A stretch of 64,000 nucleotides of DNA from Narcine bancroftii. Lineage: Eukaryota. The stretch lies in NCBI RefSeq assembly GCF_036971445.1, contig NC_091481.1:1612001-1676000 (forward strand), written 5' to 3'. The translations under genes were made by a program, and so were the position numbers. The notes beneath the pieces were generated by a model. That model had not been told where the DNA came from. It saw only the letters and a program-made list of their open reading frames with translations, and did not search any database. Positions 25,095 through 38,154 of the stretch are shown piece after piece; the stretch's first letter is position 1; every line of letters begins with the position of its first letter.

Positions 25095-27151
25095 TGCAAC
25101 TTTACACAATATACTTTCAAGCAGACCAAATCTCAGCAGAGCTCCTTAACCATTTATCCCAAGCACATTGTGGGAAAAAAGTTATTCTCTTGGAGACATC
25201 TGATGTAAAGCACTTCAAATGCTTTTATTTTCTCTTGGTTTTCATGGTGAATTTTCCTGAAATGTCAAAGATGAGCCATTTAGAATAAATACACCCATTG
25301 CTGCCATTCGACTTCACACATCACAAGAAACAGAAATGGACAGTCTCCCAAGAGCAGGCAGAATCAAAGTCAAATTATATCTTCTAATAAACCATTACAT
25401 TTTTCAAATAAATATATTGTTATAGGGAAACATCACGAAAGAGAACAGCAGGCAAATGAAACTTCAATTATCCAATTTTCTTCACAGCAAACAATTCTTT
25501 TTTGACTCTTCTGGTCTCTTTTTAATTGAATTCAGCTTACTTGGTAGTTGTTAATTATAGATTTTTTTTGTAATTTTCTTTAGTTACTTCTGTAGATTAT
25601 TTTTTATCGAAGTACTTGTGGGCTACAGCATGAATTTCAGTGCATATACACTGTGAAAATTAGCATTTTGACAAAGAACATGTTGGATTATGTTTCTGAA
25701 GATAAATTATAAATGCACTGACTGTAAGGCGTTTGCACGTTCTCCCCACGACCACGTGGGCTTTCTCCCATGTTCCAGTGACGTAAAGGGTAAGACAATT
25801 GGACGCATGGGTGTATTTTTGCAGCGTGGCCTTGTGGGCCGGAAGACGTATTACTGATTATCTAAAACAGATAAAATCTGGTCAGTTCTGCACGAGATTT
25901 CCCCAGTGACTGTGGCAGCTTCCCTTTAATACCTTTCTCAGTTCTGAAGCAGGATTTTGACTTGAATTACAGGAACCTCTCAATGGACAACCACTTAAAT
26001 TCTGCCCCCCACACCCGCACTGACATGTCTGTCCGTGGCCTCATGCACTGTCAAACCAAGAGCATCTGTAATTTGGAGGAGAAACACCTATATTCCGTCT
26101 GGGTCCTCTCCAACCAGATGGCGTTAACATCAAACTCTCCGGTTTCTGCTAGACGACTCCCCGTTCTCCCTCCCTTCCCCATCTTCCTTCCTCCAGCTCT
26201 CCACCCGCTCCCATTCTGAGCCCCCACCGCCGTTTGCTGCTGTGCCCTCACTCCCTTCTCCACCTATTACCTCCTGCTTGGGGGACTGTGCTCCTCCCCC
26301 TCCCCCTTTTATTTGAACACCTACCAACATTTCGTCCATACCTTGATGAGGGGCTCAAGACCCAAGCGTTGGTTCTGTATCTTTATCTTTGCTAAAGGAC
26401 ACTGTTTGACCTGCTGAATTTCTCCAGTGTCGTGGTTTTACTTTTTAGCCTCATGGAGCAGCTGGATTTATTATTCAGAGTTTATTCCTGGAGAAGCTCC
26501 TCCCCGAACTGTTCACTGAAATCAAGACCTAGATACTGCAGTGCTATGTCATGGAATTGGAAAATAAGAACCAAATGCTGGAAACCCTCAGCAGGTTGAG
26601 AAGCTGGACTCATGAAACAAACTTTCTCACTGTCTCTCAGTATACGTGACAATGAACTTGATCTTGCAGCCAGGGCATGTCTGTGGGAACAAAGTCATCT
26701 CTGGTTGTCCTCTCTCTGAAATACATACTGCTCCTACAGATCAGATTTGACCTGGTACTTGCTGTTTTTTTTATTGTTCTGTAGATTGAGCGTCTACAAC
26801 TTTTGGATTACCTCAGCGGACGTGCAGTGCATGTCAGCAAATCAAGGCAGGGTGCAACGGTTACAGTTCCTGGCACAAACTGCAGGTCACATGCAAAAGC
26901 AGAACATGCACTGAAGTTTCCACCATCATCTTCCGAGAAATTAAATTAAAATGTTTGAATAGCAGCGACAAGACAGTTTCTCACATTCTTGTTTCATCTC
27001 GACCTACACAGTCACAGTCAAGAGCCTTGACTTCAGAAGATCCAATATACCAACAAAACTGCTGAAAGTACTAGCCCTCAGACATTCTCTTACTATTTAA
27101 CCACTTGACTAACCATTGCCAAATCGGTTTGCAGAGTTACATGTAACTGCA

Positions 27152-27748
27152 GCAGTGGCATATCTAGGTAAAGTGGTGCCCCAGGGCAAACACTGACATT
27201 GTGCCTCCCTCATGATAAAACCACTCAAAAAACTGCTACACGCCAACCGTGCTGCCCGAGACATGATATGAGCAGCCGATGAGGTACTGTCATAGCGCGC
27301 AGCCAGGGCAGGCTGTGACAGCCCTGCTGACCGTCTGGCCTCTGGCACCTCACCTGGCCACTCATCGGTGCCAGCAGCTCAATGGGAAAAATGCCCATCT
27401 TCACTCCCCATAATTCCCCCATGCAGCTGGAACCGCTCTGCATTTCCCTCGCTGGCAGAGCAGTTCAGTTGCGTGGAGGGTTATGGGTAGGGAAGAAAGC
27501 CATTTTGGTCATTGATCCGACATTGAGCCGCTGCCAGGTCCCCCTTGCGTGCTGGAACGGCCTCGAAGGGGTCTGATGAGATGCCTGCCGAGAGCAGCAC
27601 TCCGGGGCGCTCAAGTGGGATGGAATCTGATTTGGGCTAGTCCTGCTAGTGACTTGGATATTGGGAGGGCAAGGCGACGACAGTGGCATCCCCCTTCAAG
27701 TGGCACCCAGGGTCTGTGCCCTAGTTGCCATACCCTAGATAGGCCTAC
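27152..27748. mobile_element. Possible MITE (Harbinger-like TIRs)
   Basis: cagtggcatatctagg ... cctagataggcctac; subterminal gtggtgccccaggg / gtggcacccaggg. Confidence 0.45.
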
Positions 27749-30475
27749 AATCTGCAGTAGTGTGGGAAGAATCCAGGGGTCTCTGAGAAAATAAGACTGA
27801 CATGTTCAAATCCGGCACTGTTTGTGAGGAGTTTGTATGTTCTCCCCGTGTCTGTGTGTGTTTCCTCCCACCCTTCAAAACATACAGGAGTTGGGATAAT
27901 TAGGCTGGAAGGGTTCATGGCTGGAATTATTCTCAAGCACTATATGGGCATCATGTTCCGTGCTGACATTGTGGGCCATAGGGCTTGCCCCATGCTGAAT
28001 TGGCCTAACATTAGCTGAGGTAACAAGAAAACTTTTGTAAGAACAGTGTTCTTGATAAAGCAAATGGTCACAGAATGCACATCTACCTGGATTCCACTGA
28101 AAAATTCAGTTTACAAAAATGTTTTTCACACTTGTCAATTGTGCTCATTGTTGACATCTGTTCTCTTGAGATTTCCAGTGCTCTTAGGTAAAAAAGCCAC
28201 AGGGGGATTTTTTTAAAAAACCACAAGAAGAGCCTAACAAAGCAGAAGTCGATCTGCCAGGACTTTACAAATGGGGTTTCTTTGGAATGAAGTTCCACCC
28301 AGCAATGTGGACCCTTCTTTTGTCTCCCACTGAAGGTGATCAACCCACTGAGTTCTTCCAGCAGACTGTGGTGAGGTTCAGATTCCAAAGGAACCAACCT
28401 GGAGCTAACTCTGCCTCGAGTCTCGTGCACTGCCAGACTGAGACCACCCACAAATTGGAGGAACAACACCTCATCTTCTGCCTGGGGCCCCCCAACTGGA
28501 CTTTTCCGGATTCCATTAAGAGCCCCCCCCCACCTCTTCCCCATCTTCTTCCCTCTAGTTCCCTCTCTCCTTTTCCCTCTGTCTCCTTTCACGGAGCCAA
28601 AATCAATTATCACCTTTCCTCTGATCATATCCTTTTGGCTGTTAGTCTGGACTCCTCCCCGTCCCCCCCTCACCCACCCCCCACCCAACCCTCTCTCTAG
28701 CCTTTAGTCAAGATGCCAGCTTGCTTTTTCACTCATACTTTGAAGAAGGACTTGGGCCCGAAACATCAGTGATCTATCTTGACCACCTATGGACGCTGAG
28801 AGACCAGCTGGGTTTTACTAACTTACTAACTCTGCCTCCCGGGCCACATGCTTCCAGGATGCCCTGCTTTTTAAGGTGATGTCCTGCAATGTTTCTAACT
28901 GTACTTGTCTCGACTCTGTGCACTACCTAACTTATTGTATCGCTGCTCCACACACAGTCACCCCACTTATTTACTATTGCACTACCTACTGCACAGCTTG
29001 ACTTGCCTGGATAGCAAGCAATTTTTAAAAAATGCTTTGCTTATCTCAGCACGTAGAACTATTCACCTGAAATATTTTTTGCTTAAGTTCTGAAGCTCCC
29101 CTCAGTCTGTATCCAATCCAACAATGTGCCAACTAACTCCATGAACCTGGCCAGATAACATAACATAGAACATTACAGTAAGGCCCTTCAGCCAATGTTG
29201 TATTGACCTATATAAACCTACTCCACGACATTCTAATTTTTCCTATATCACATCCAAAGCCCCTTACATCCATGGAAAATTAGAATGTCCCTATTGTACC
29301 AGCCTCCTCCACCACCGGTAATACATTCCAGGCACCCACCACTTTGTGTCAAAAAAAAACTTACCCCCGACATCTCCCCTAAACTTTCCTCCCCTCACCT
29401 TTTCCAGATGGTCTCTGGTGTTTTCTACTGTCGCCCCAGGATAAAACTGCTGGCTGTCCACCCTATCAATGGCCCACTCTCACACACCTCTATTAAATCT
29501 CCTCTCATCCTTCTTCGCTCTGCAAACCTTGCCTCATAAAACATGTTCTCCAATCCAGGCAACATCCTGGAAAATCTCCTGTGCACTCTCTAAAGTATCA
29601 TTTCCCCTGATTTTTTCATAGGTCTTTGTTAACACAATCTACTTACAATCGACAATCACTTCTCCCAACCTTTTGACATAGACGTGTTTCCCAAAGTCAC
29701 TCCAGAATAACTCCATTGTCCCAGAATCCCAGTTTCACTCAATTTAACTTACTGGAAAACTTCAAACTAACCTTTAAACTTCTGAGTTTTAGAAACAGAC
29801 AGCACTCCAAAAGGCCAACTGTACAACTATGACAATCCTAAACTTTGTGTCAGAAACGAGCTGCTGCAACCCCTCCACAGGTTGACACCAGATGTGGAGG
29901 CACAGGGACAATTGACGTTTCCGGTTGAGGTGTATCACCCCTTCGTCCTTCAATCCCTGGGAGCCCAGTGACACATCATTGATCATTTCTCACTCCCTGG
30001 TGCCCAACACCAGTCACAACACCCAGGGCGTGATCCAATTAGAGCGTAATTTTCACATCCTTTTACTCTCGTCATTTGGACACGGAAGCATAGAATTGCA
30101 CGGGGCTATTCAGCCAGAGCAAGTTTGCATTCCATTTCCATGGACCTCCAACACCTTAAGCCTTCCAAACCAAAAATCTTCCCTGTGAAGGCATCAGCCC
30201 CTCTTCTAGAGGAGATGTCTCAAGAAAGCAGCCTCTATCCTCAAGGACCCCCAGCCCCCAGGCCGTGCCCTCTTCACACTGCTACCATCAGGAAGGAGGT
30301 ATAGGAGCCTGAAGACGAACACCCAGCAGCACAAGGACGGCTTCTTCCCCTCCGCCATCAGATTCCTGAACAGACAGTGAACCCCAGACACTGCCTGACT
30401 TTCTCTCGTTCTGCACTAATTTATTTGAAATGTAATTTAGGGAAAGGGGTGTGGGATAGGTGAGAAGGCTTAAGG

Positions 30476-31135
30476 GAGGGGGTAAGAGGGGTTGGGGGCG
30501 GGGGGTAAGAGGGGTTGGGGGCGGGGGTAAGAGGGGTTGGGGGCGGGGGGTAAGAGGGGTTGGGGGCGGGGGGTAAGAGGGGTTGGGGGCGGGGGGTAAG
30601 AGGGGTTGGGGGCGGGGGGTAAGAGGGGTTGGGGGCGGGGGGTAAGAGGGGTTGGGGGCGGGGGGTAAGAGGGGTTGGGGGCGGGGGGTAAGAGGGGTTG
30701 GGGGCGGGGGGTAAGAGGGGTTGGGGGCGGGGGGTAAGAGGGGTTGGGGGCGGGGGGTAAGAGGGGTTGGGGGCGGGGGGTAAGAGGGGTTGGGGGCGGG
30801 GGGTAAGAGGGGTTGGGGGCGGGGGTAAGAGGGGTTGGGGGCGGGGGGTAAGAGGGGTTGGGGGCGGGGGGTAAGAGGGGTTGGGGTGGGGGGTAAGAGG
30901 GTAGGGGAGGGTAGAGGGGGGTTGGGTGGTAGAGGGGTAGGGGAGGGTAGAGGGGGTAGGGGAGGGTGGGGAGGGTAGAGGGGGGTGGGGGTAGGGGGTA
31001 GGGGGTGGGGGTAGGGGGTAGAGGGATAGGGGAGGGTAGAGGGGTAGGGGAGGGTAGAGGGGAGGGTAGAGGGGAGGGTAGAGGGGGGGTAGGGGAGGGT
31101 AGAGGAGGCTAGAGGTGGGGTAGAGGGGGTAGGGA
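30476..31135 (+). repeat. G-rich ~23-bp minisatellite (GGGGGGTAAGAGGGGTTGGGGGC)n decaying into GGGTAGAGG repeats
   Basis: ~18 near-perfect units 30476-30890, then degenerate. Confidence 0.95.
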
Positions 31136-31148
31136 CTCCCTCACTCAC

Positions 31149-31260
31149 CGTCTATCGTCTCCGCACCGTCGGCCGAAAACAAATGGCCGTGACGTCACGA
31201 CGCCTTTTAAAGGGCGGTGTCTGTTAAAGGGGAGGGTGCGCTCGGTCCGTCCGGTTCATC
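31149..31260 (-). promoter_or_regulatory. TMEM243: Putative TMEM243 promoter and non-coding first exon
   Basis: CpG-rich patch; minus-strand donor ACG|gtgagt at 31149/31148; perfect palindrome CGTGACGTCACG (full CRE) 31188-31199; YY1-like AAATGGC 31181-31187. Confidence 0.65.
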
Positions 31261-31309
31261 CTCCCCCGAGTCCGGCTGAATGAGTGAGGCTGGGACCGTG
31301 AGGGTCGGA

Positions 31310-31319
31310 GGAGAAAGTG

Positions 31320-31352
<33 letters not shown>

Positions 31353-31985
31353 AAGGGTGAGGGTGAGGGTGTGGGAGGAGGGTGAGGGGGAGGGTGAGGG
31401 TGAGGGAGGGGGGAGGGGGGAGGGGGGAGGGGGGAGAGGGGGGAGGGGGGAGGGGGGAGGGGGAGGGGGGGGAGGGGGAGGGGGAGGGGGGAGAGGGAGG
31501 GGAGAAGGGGAGGAGGGGAGAGGGGAGGAGGGGAGAGGGGGAGAGGGGAGGAGGGGAGAGGGGGAGAGGGGAGAAGGGGAGAGGGGGGAGAGAGAGGGAG
31601 GGGAGGAGGGAGATGGGGAGGGGAGGAGGGAGATGGGGAGNNNNNNNNNNNNNNNNNNNNNNNNNNNNNNNNNNNNNNNNNNNNNNNNNNNNNNNNNNNN
31701 NNNNNNNNNNNNNNNNNNNNNNNNNNNNNNNNNNNNNNNNNNNNNNNNNNNNNNNNNNNNNNNNNNNNNNNNNNNNNNNNNNNNNNNNNNNNNNNNNNNN
31801 NNNNNNNNNNNNNNNNNNNNNNNNNNNNNNNNNNNNNNNNNNNNNNNNNNNNNNNNNNNNNNNNNNNNNNNNNNNNNNNNNNNNNNNNNNNNNNNNNNNN
31901 NNNNNNNNNNNNNNNNNGAGGGGAGGGAGATGGGGAGGGAGATGGGGGAGGGAGATGGGGGAGGGAGAGAGTGTGAGAGAGGGTG
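31310..31985 (+). repeat. (GA)n / polypurine G-rich tract containing the assembly gap (N at 31641-31917)
   Basis: Seen directly; 277 Ns. Confidence 0.95.
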
Positions 31986-34900
31986 ATGTGTGAGTGGGTG
32001 AGAGTGTAGGTGTGTGTTCATACAGTCACTTCCAATAAGTTGTAAACACAAGTGAAGCATGTGGAGGTCTGATGACCGACCCTTAATGTTACCCTCTGGA
32101 TGGAAATTCCAGGAGAACTGGGTTGGTCAGGCAGCATCAAAGGCCAAAACAGGGTTAACACAGCTGAAGGATCACTGCTCGGCTTGCTAAATGCTTCCAA
32201 CCTTTTGTAGTGTCTTTCGTTCCAATCTGTGTCACGATGGCGAAGATGGATGAGTGGAAATTTCCTCAACGAGTGTTAAGCAGGCTGAAGTCATCACTGT
32301 TCACTCCAGCCACAACCCAAACAAGCACTGACGCCAGCCTCTCCAGCAATTCTGAAAATGAATGAGGCTCTTCACTACCATACTCCGAATGGGATGTCTA
32401 CTGGCCTGCTCAAAAAACAACTTCTATCACTATTCTAAAAATCTCTTCGCAGTTCCATCTGGTGGTTATCTTTTCCAGTGGGTAACAGGAGAGGAAAAGA
32501 CGACAGAAGGTTGTGAACCAAACCAGCACCATCACAGGCATTAACTTCACTCCATCAAGAACATGTACAGGAGGGGGTGTCTTAACAAAGCAGTTTCTAT
32601 CCTCAAGGACCCCCCACCACCCAGGCCACTCTCTTCACTCTGCTGTCATCGGGAAAAAGGTACAGGAGCTTGAAAATGGCACTCAGCGGCACAAAAACAG
32701 CTTCTTCCCCTCCATCATCAGATTTCTGAAGACAATGAACCTCACTTTCTCTTATTTTTGCATTAATTTATTTTGACTGTAATTTATTACAATATTTGCA
32801 CCTGTGATGTTGCCACAAAACAACGAATTTCATGGCATGTTACAACAGTTTGGATTTATTGTTATGAACAACAGTGGCAGAAAATGGTTTGCAAAAATCT
32901 CTGAGATTGTCAGTATTTGAAATCGGAGTATTGGGTTTTGTGAATTCCACTGCTGAAATTTTGCAAGTTCCTGTTATTTAACACAAACCTCATTAGGTTG
33001 TCAGTTGCATTAACTACTTCCGATTACTATTTTCTAGTTGCTTAATTCTCTCCTGTTACCCAAGCAGATCTGTCAATACAGACATGTTGACCAAAGACAG
33101 ATCTTGGCTGCATTCAAGAATCTCTCTTTCCCACTTTAACCCCAAATCATCCCCTAATCTCAGAGCACTTCAGAACAACCATCCCTTGCATTTCTGTTAT
33201 CAAATAGTCAAAAGGAGCAACAATTCTCATCAGCTTTTGTGCCGTGCAGTTGTGTTCAGTTTGTTCACAGAGAGATGAGCGTGGAGACGAAGGCTACAAT
33301 CAAAGGAGACTTTATTGAACACACAGGATGCAAACAAATCTTAATTACTACTAAATAACTGTACCGTATGGACATTCACATCAGACCCAGGTTGGACTCC
33401 GATACCAGTGGCCATCTATCTTCTAAACGGTAAGAGACTAAAGCTATAATGGTGTAATGGGCTCCAATACTGGTGGATGCTTACCCCACCACGCTGTCCC
33501 GCACACGTACACACTTCAGAGACAGGGACTTTTGAACACACTCCCAATTCCCTGTACCAATGGGGGTGCAGCTCTCTGCAAGCACAGATCTAATGCAGTA
33601 CTGCAGCTCAGCTCTGTGTAGTGCACACCTTACCCACAACTCCTCCAGTGATGACCACAGTAGAAACCTGGCATGGAGTGATCTCCAGGACTTGGACAAA
33701 GGGGCAGAGAGAGAGAGAAATGTGGCGTGTTCGACACTTAATTCTGTTCCGAGCTGGGCATCTGGTCAATGATGACAATTAATCATTTAAATGAGCCAAT
33801 GGTTAGGTGTGCACTAATGGGTGGATGGAGTCCAACCTTGATTGGCAGGTGATGTGACTTTCAAACAATTTTCAAACGGGGGGGGTCATGTGACCCTTTG
33901 CAATCCACAATGTTCCAGACAGGGAGGCCACGAGTTTCTCCACAATCTGCATGTAACACGCTCAGTGAGAAATTCTGTGCCCATTATCTTCCTCATTGAG
34001 TCCTCTCCCCAGAAGCAAGATCAATGATTCTCTGCAAAGTCCAACCCAATGTACCGCTCCTTTCTAGATGCTAACTTGCAGATGCATACCTCAAAGAAGG
34101 ATGCTACAATAGGAACATTTAAAAGACTTAGAGAGGCACATGGATGTCAGAAAATAGAGTGTTAGGGGTGTGAGTAGGTTTGCATAGGTCAGCAAAACAT
34201 TGTAGGCTGAATGGCCAGTAATATGCTGGAATGTTAGAACCATAAAACATTACAGCACTGAAAGTAGGCCCTTCAGGTCTGTGCTGAACTATCGTCAGTA
34301 ATATACCTTTACCTCCCATGGACTCTGCAAGACCGGCTAAGTTCCTCCAGCATTTCTGTGTTTTTACAATAATCATGGTGTCTGAAGACGTTCGTGTTTC
34401 ACTTCAGATTACTTCCTTCTAACCTAATATGTTGATGCTGACTGTGACCTACATTCATTCCATTTGCCACTTTAGGCCAGTATTCCATTCCATTCCTATC
34501 CATGTACCTATGCAAGTGTCTTATGAAGGGTGTAACCCTTCCTAGTGAAAGACCTACCCTTCAGGTCTCCTTTTAATTCCTCCCCGCACTTTAAATCTCT
34601 GGCCTCTAGTTCAAGGCTCCCCTGCTCTGACGACCTATCCTTGACCCTCTTAATTTTATAAACCTCTATAATGTCACCCCTCAGCATCCCATGTTCCACT
34701 GAGAATAATCTCAGCTGGTCCAATCTCTCCATGTAACTCCAGCCCTCCATTTCAGGCAACATCGTAGTGAAGTAAAAACACAAAGTGCTGGAGAAGCTCA
34801 GCAGGTCAAACAGTGTCCTTCATGTAGCAACGGTAACAGAACCGACATTTCGGGCTTGAGCCCTTCATCAAAGTATGAGAGAATGCCAGCAGGAGTCCAA

Positions 34901-35306
34901 ACATCCTAATGAATGTTTGCTCTCTCCATTGCTACCACATCCTTCCAGTAGAACTGTAAATCATACTCCAAGGGCTAAGGATGCATCCTTGAGGTGCGCC
35001 TGTGTGGATCATCAGTGAGGAGATGACGTTGTGCTGTGTTCTGAGCAGACTCTGAGCTGCTGGGTGGATTTAGATGGTCAGGCAGCATGCATGGAGAGAA
35101 ATGGTCAGTCACCGTTTTGGGCCAGGGCTCCTCATTGAGACCACAGTTTTAGTTGTTTTAAACAGAGATCAAAGTGAACCCTGTACATTTATTTTTATGT
35201 ACATTTATTTTGGACAAGAAATAACACCAAAAAAAGTCACACAACTTTGAAGATATAACATTGTGAAGGTAAGCTTTGATTTATTTACACTTGAGAGTGG
35301 AATGGT

Positions 35307-35435
35307 TCAGTAGGCGTAAACCTTGACTTTCTGAACATCATTATCCTCACATTCCCGTTTCCTGCTGTAGTAGTAGAAGGTGTTGTCACGTCGTTGGAGT
35401 TTCTTCACGTACCCCGTTTCAGGCCAGCGATCCAC
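35307..35435 (-). CDS. MEIG1: MEIG1 last coding exon
   Basis: tgcag| [42 protein letters not shown]; minus-strand AATAAA at ~35188-35209. Confidence 0.97.
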   Translation of the reverse strand: MDRWPETGYVKKLQRRDNTFYYYSRKRECEDNDVQKVKVYAY

Positions 35436-35759
35436 CTGCATTCAACACAACACCTCAATCAGCATGTACCCTGTTTCATTCACTCAGATGCACAGGCACC
35501 TATCCCTCGAGACCCCTTCATAACCCTGGCCAACACCAGCTAGATTACTAGCTCCCAGTTCCCCTCCAGCCACACTTGGGATGACTTGGAACTCTCTCAT
35601 TTCTCCTTCATTTTTGCTGGTTTTAATACCTGGAAAATTCCCCCAAAACTCCTTAAGGCATTGGAGTGAAAGGCACCTTCTCAAGGACAATTCATGCTGG
35701 GCTTGTACTATAAAATCTTGTGAAACAATAAGGAAAAGAAAGCTGTATTTGTTATTCAT

Positions 35760-36460
35760 TCAGGAGTGGGCTTAACAGGATGAGTCAGCGTTTAATTGTA
35801 CCTCAAGAAAGTGGTGGGGAGCTGCCTTCCTGAACTACTGCAGTCCTTGGGTATCACAGTGGTGTCAGGGTGGGAGTTCCAGGAGTCTGACCCAGCGACG
35901 GAGAATGACGGTGATGTATTTCCCAGTCAGGATGGTGTGTGAGTTGGAGGGAAACTTCCAGAGGGTGGTGTCTCCGTGCTTTTTCTGGCCTTGTCCCTCT
36001 CGCTGGTACAGTTGGTGGGATCAGAAGGTATTGTCTGAGGGGTCTTGGGGAGTTGCTGCAGTGGATCCTTTGGATGGTACAGGATGCTGCTCCTGTGTGT
36101 GGGAAAAGGGGTTCCTGATCAAATGGGCTGACGTGTCCTGGATGGTGTCACACTTCCCAAGTGTTGAAGTTGCCCTCACCCAGGGGGAGGGGAGTGTGTT
36201 TCCTCACACTCCTGGCCTGAAGTTTGGAGATGGTGGATAGGCATTGGGAAGTTAGGGGGTGAGTTATTCACCATGGGGATATGAGTCTCTAACCTGTGTA
36301 CACAGCAACTCCAGTTCAGTTACTGGTCAGTGGTAATACCCAGGACGTTGGCAGTGGGAGATAGAGATGGTGGTGCCTTGGAATGTCAGGGAGTGAGAGC
36401 AGGATATTGTCATTGCCTGGCACTTGTGTTTACATGTTGCCTATCAGACCAGGCCGTATA
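35760..36460 (-). mobile_element. Old LINE (L2/CR1 superclade) 3' fragment
   Basis: Reverse-complement similarity to ~58040-58560(+); family assignment tentative. Confidence 0.5.
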
Positions 36461-37179
36461 TTGTCATGTGAATCGTGTGTCTGCCAGAGGCTGATATATC
36501 AGCGGAAATAAAATTAATTGAACATGATGCAGTTTATTCCAAATTTGGAAAAAAAAAGTGGAACAAATATTTTGAGAGCATAACCTGTAAGATTGCTTTT
36601 AGAACTAAAAAAAAGTTGTTTTTTTTTCTCCAAAAGTTATAAAATAATTTCTAATTCTGAATTTTAGAGTAATCTCTTTCCACTTTGATGTGTTTTAAAA
36701 ATAATACTCCCATGGTAAATCTTGGCCAAATCTACAATTTCTTCTTAATTTTGTCACACTTGAATTTAATTTCAACAAACAGCTCAGTAAAAGACCCTTC
36801 CAGACCAAGGGCCAGTGCCACCCAAATATCCCAATTAATCTACAACCCCCCCCCCATACATTTTTGGAGGGTGGGAGGAAACCGGAGCACCCAGAGGAAA
36901 CCCATGCAGACACGGGGAGAACGTACAAACTCCTTACAGACAGTGCGGGATTCGAACCCAGGTGGCTGGCGCTGTAACAGCATGGTGCTAACTACTAAGA
37001 TATGGAGGTATTTTATCTCACCACTGTTCACTGGTTCCTTTCCTTCCAAATAATAAAACATCGGGCAATAGGAATTTGTCCCATCTTCCAAAACTATAAT
37101 GATTATAATTATAATGATTTAGAAATTAGACAATTCCAGAGTACAGTCGGGATCTCCAGTTCTTAAAAGGGCAAATACA

Positions 37180-37790
37180 GATGCGGGGAAACACCACAGC
37201 TGAAGGTCGCCACACCGGTTGATAGGATAGGTAGGAAGGTCTATGGATGCTGGGCTTCATTAATTGATGGACTGAGTTCAGGAGTCTGGAGGTCATGTTG
37301 CAGCTCTATACATCTCTCGTTCAATCTCTGGAGTATTGTGTTCAGTTCTGGTCACCTCATTACAGGAAGGATATGGAGAGGGTTACCCGGATTGGAAAAG
37401 AAGTCTTATGAGGTCAATTTAGCAGAGCTGGGACTTTTCTCATTGGAGTGAAGAAAGATGAGAGGTGACTTGATAGAGGTCTACAAGATTATGAGAGGCA
37501 TGGATAATGTGGTCAGCCAGCATATTTTTCCCAAGGCTGGAACAGCAAACATCAGAGGACCTGTACAAAGTGAAAGGAGAAAAGTTTAGGGGAGATGCCA
37601 GGGGTAGGTTTCTTAGGGGGTGGTGGTGGAGGCTGGAACATTAGGGAAATTTAAGAAAATCTTAGGCACAAGGATGGAAGAAAAATAGAGGGTCGTGAAG
37701 CAGGGAGGGTTTCACTTTTTTTGCTCGGAATATATAGGTCAGCGCAACATTGAGGGCTGAAGGGCTGCACTGTGCTGTATCGTGTTTGAT
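37180..37790 (+). mobile_element. CR1-clade LINE 3' fragment (MEIG1 intron)
   Basis: gagtattgtgttcagttctggtcacctcattacaggaagg, RGDLIEVYKIMRG, typical 3' end. Confidence 0.75.
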
Positions 37791-37992
37791 GTCACCCTCC
37801 CATTCATGCAAAATCCCAACTTGAAACTAGGTCACCCTTGATTTTTTTTTAAAGATATAGATATTAATGATGATGTATATTCTCATTGACATTGGATCGA
37901 GGTGCTGAGGGAACACCTTCGCTCTCCAAAGGACAATGTGGGATGGTCAATAACTGCTGCGAAGCCTGAACCTGGAACCACAGAAAACATAC

Positions 37993-38154
37993 CCCATCGA
38001 CTTGCTTTATTTGCTTGTATTCTAGTTCATCTCTGTATCCAGCTTGTTGGAACCTGTATAAATTCTCTATTTCTTCAGTCCACTGCTTGGGACGACTCGT
38101 TATCTTGGGCTGAACTTCCTTTCCATTGCTTCCAATATCTTGCAGAGACATCAT
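37993..38154 (-). CDS. MEIG1: MEIG1 first coding exon
   Basis: acceptor ttcag| at 38165, then MMSLQDIG...[32 protein letters not shown]|gtatgt; 96 aa in total. Confidence 0.96.

Noticed and set aside
30288-32060. Pro-rich and Gly/Glu-rich ORFs
   Set aside because: Translations of G-rich low-complexity DNA and of the N gap.
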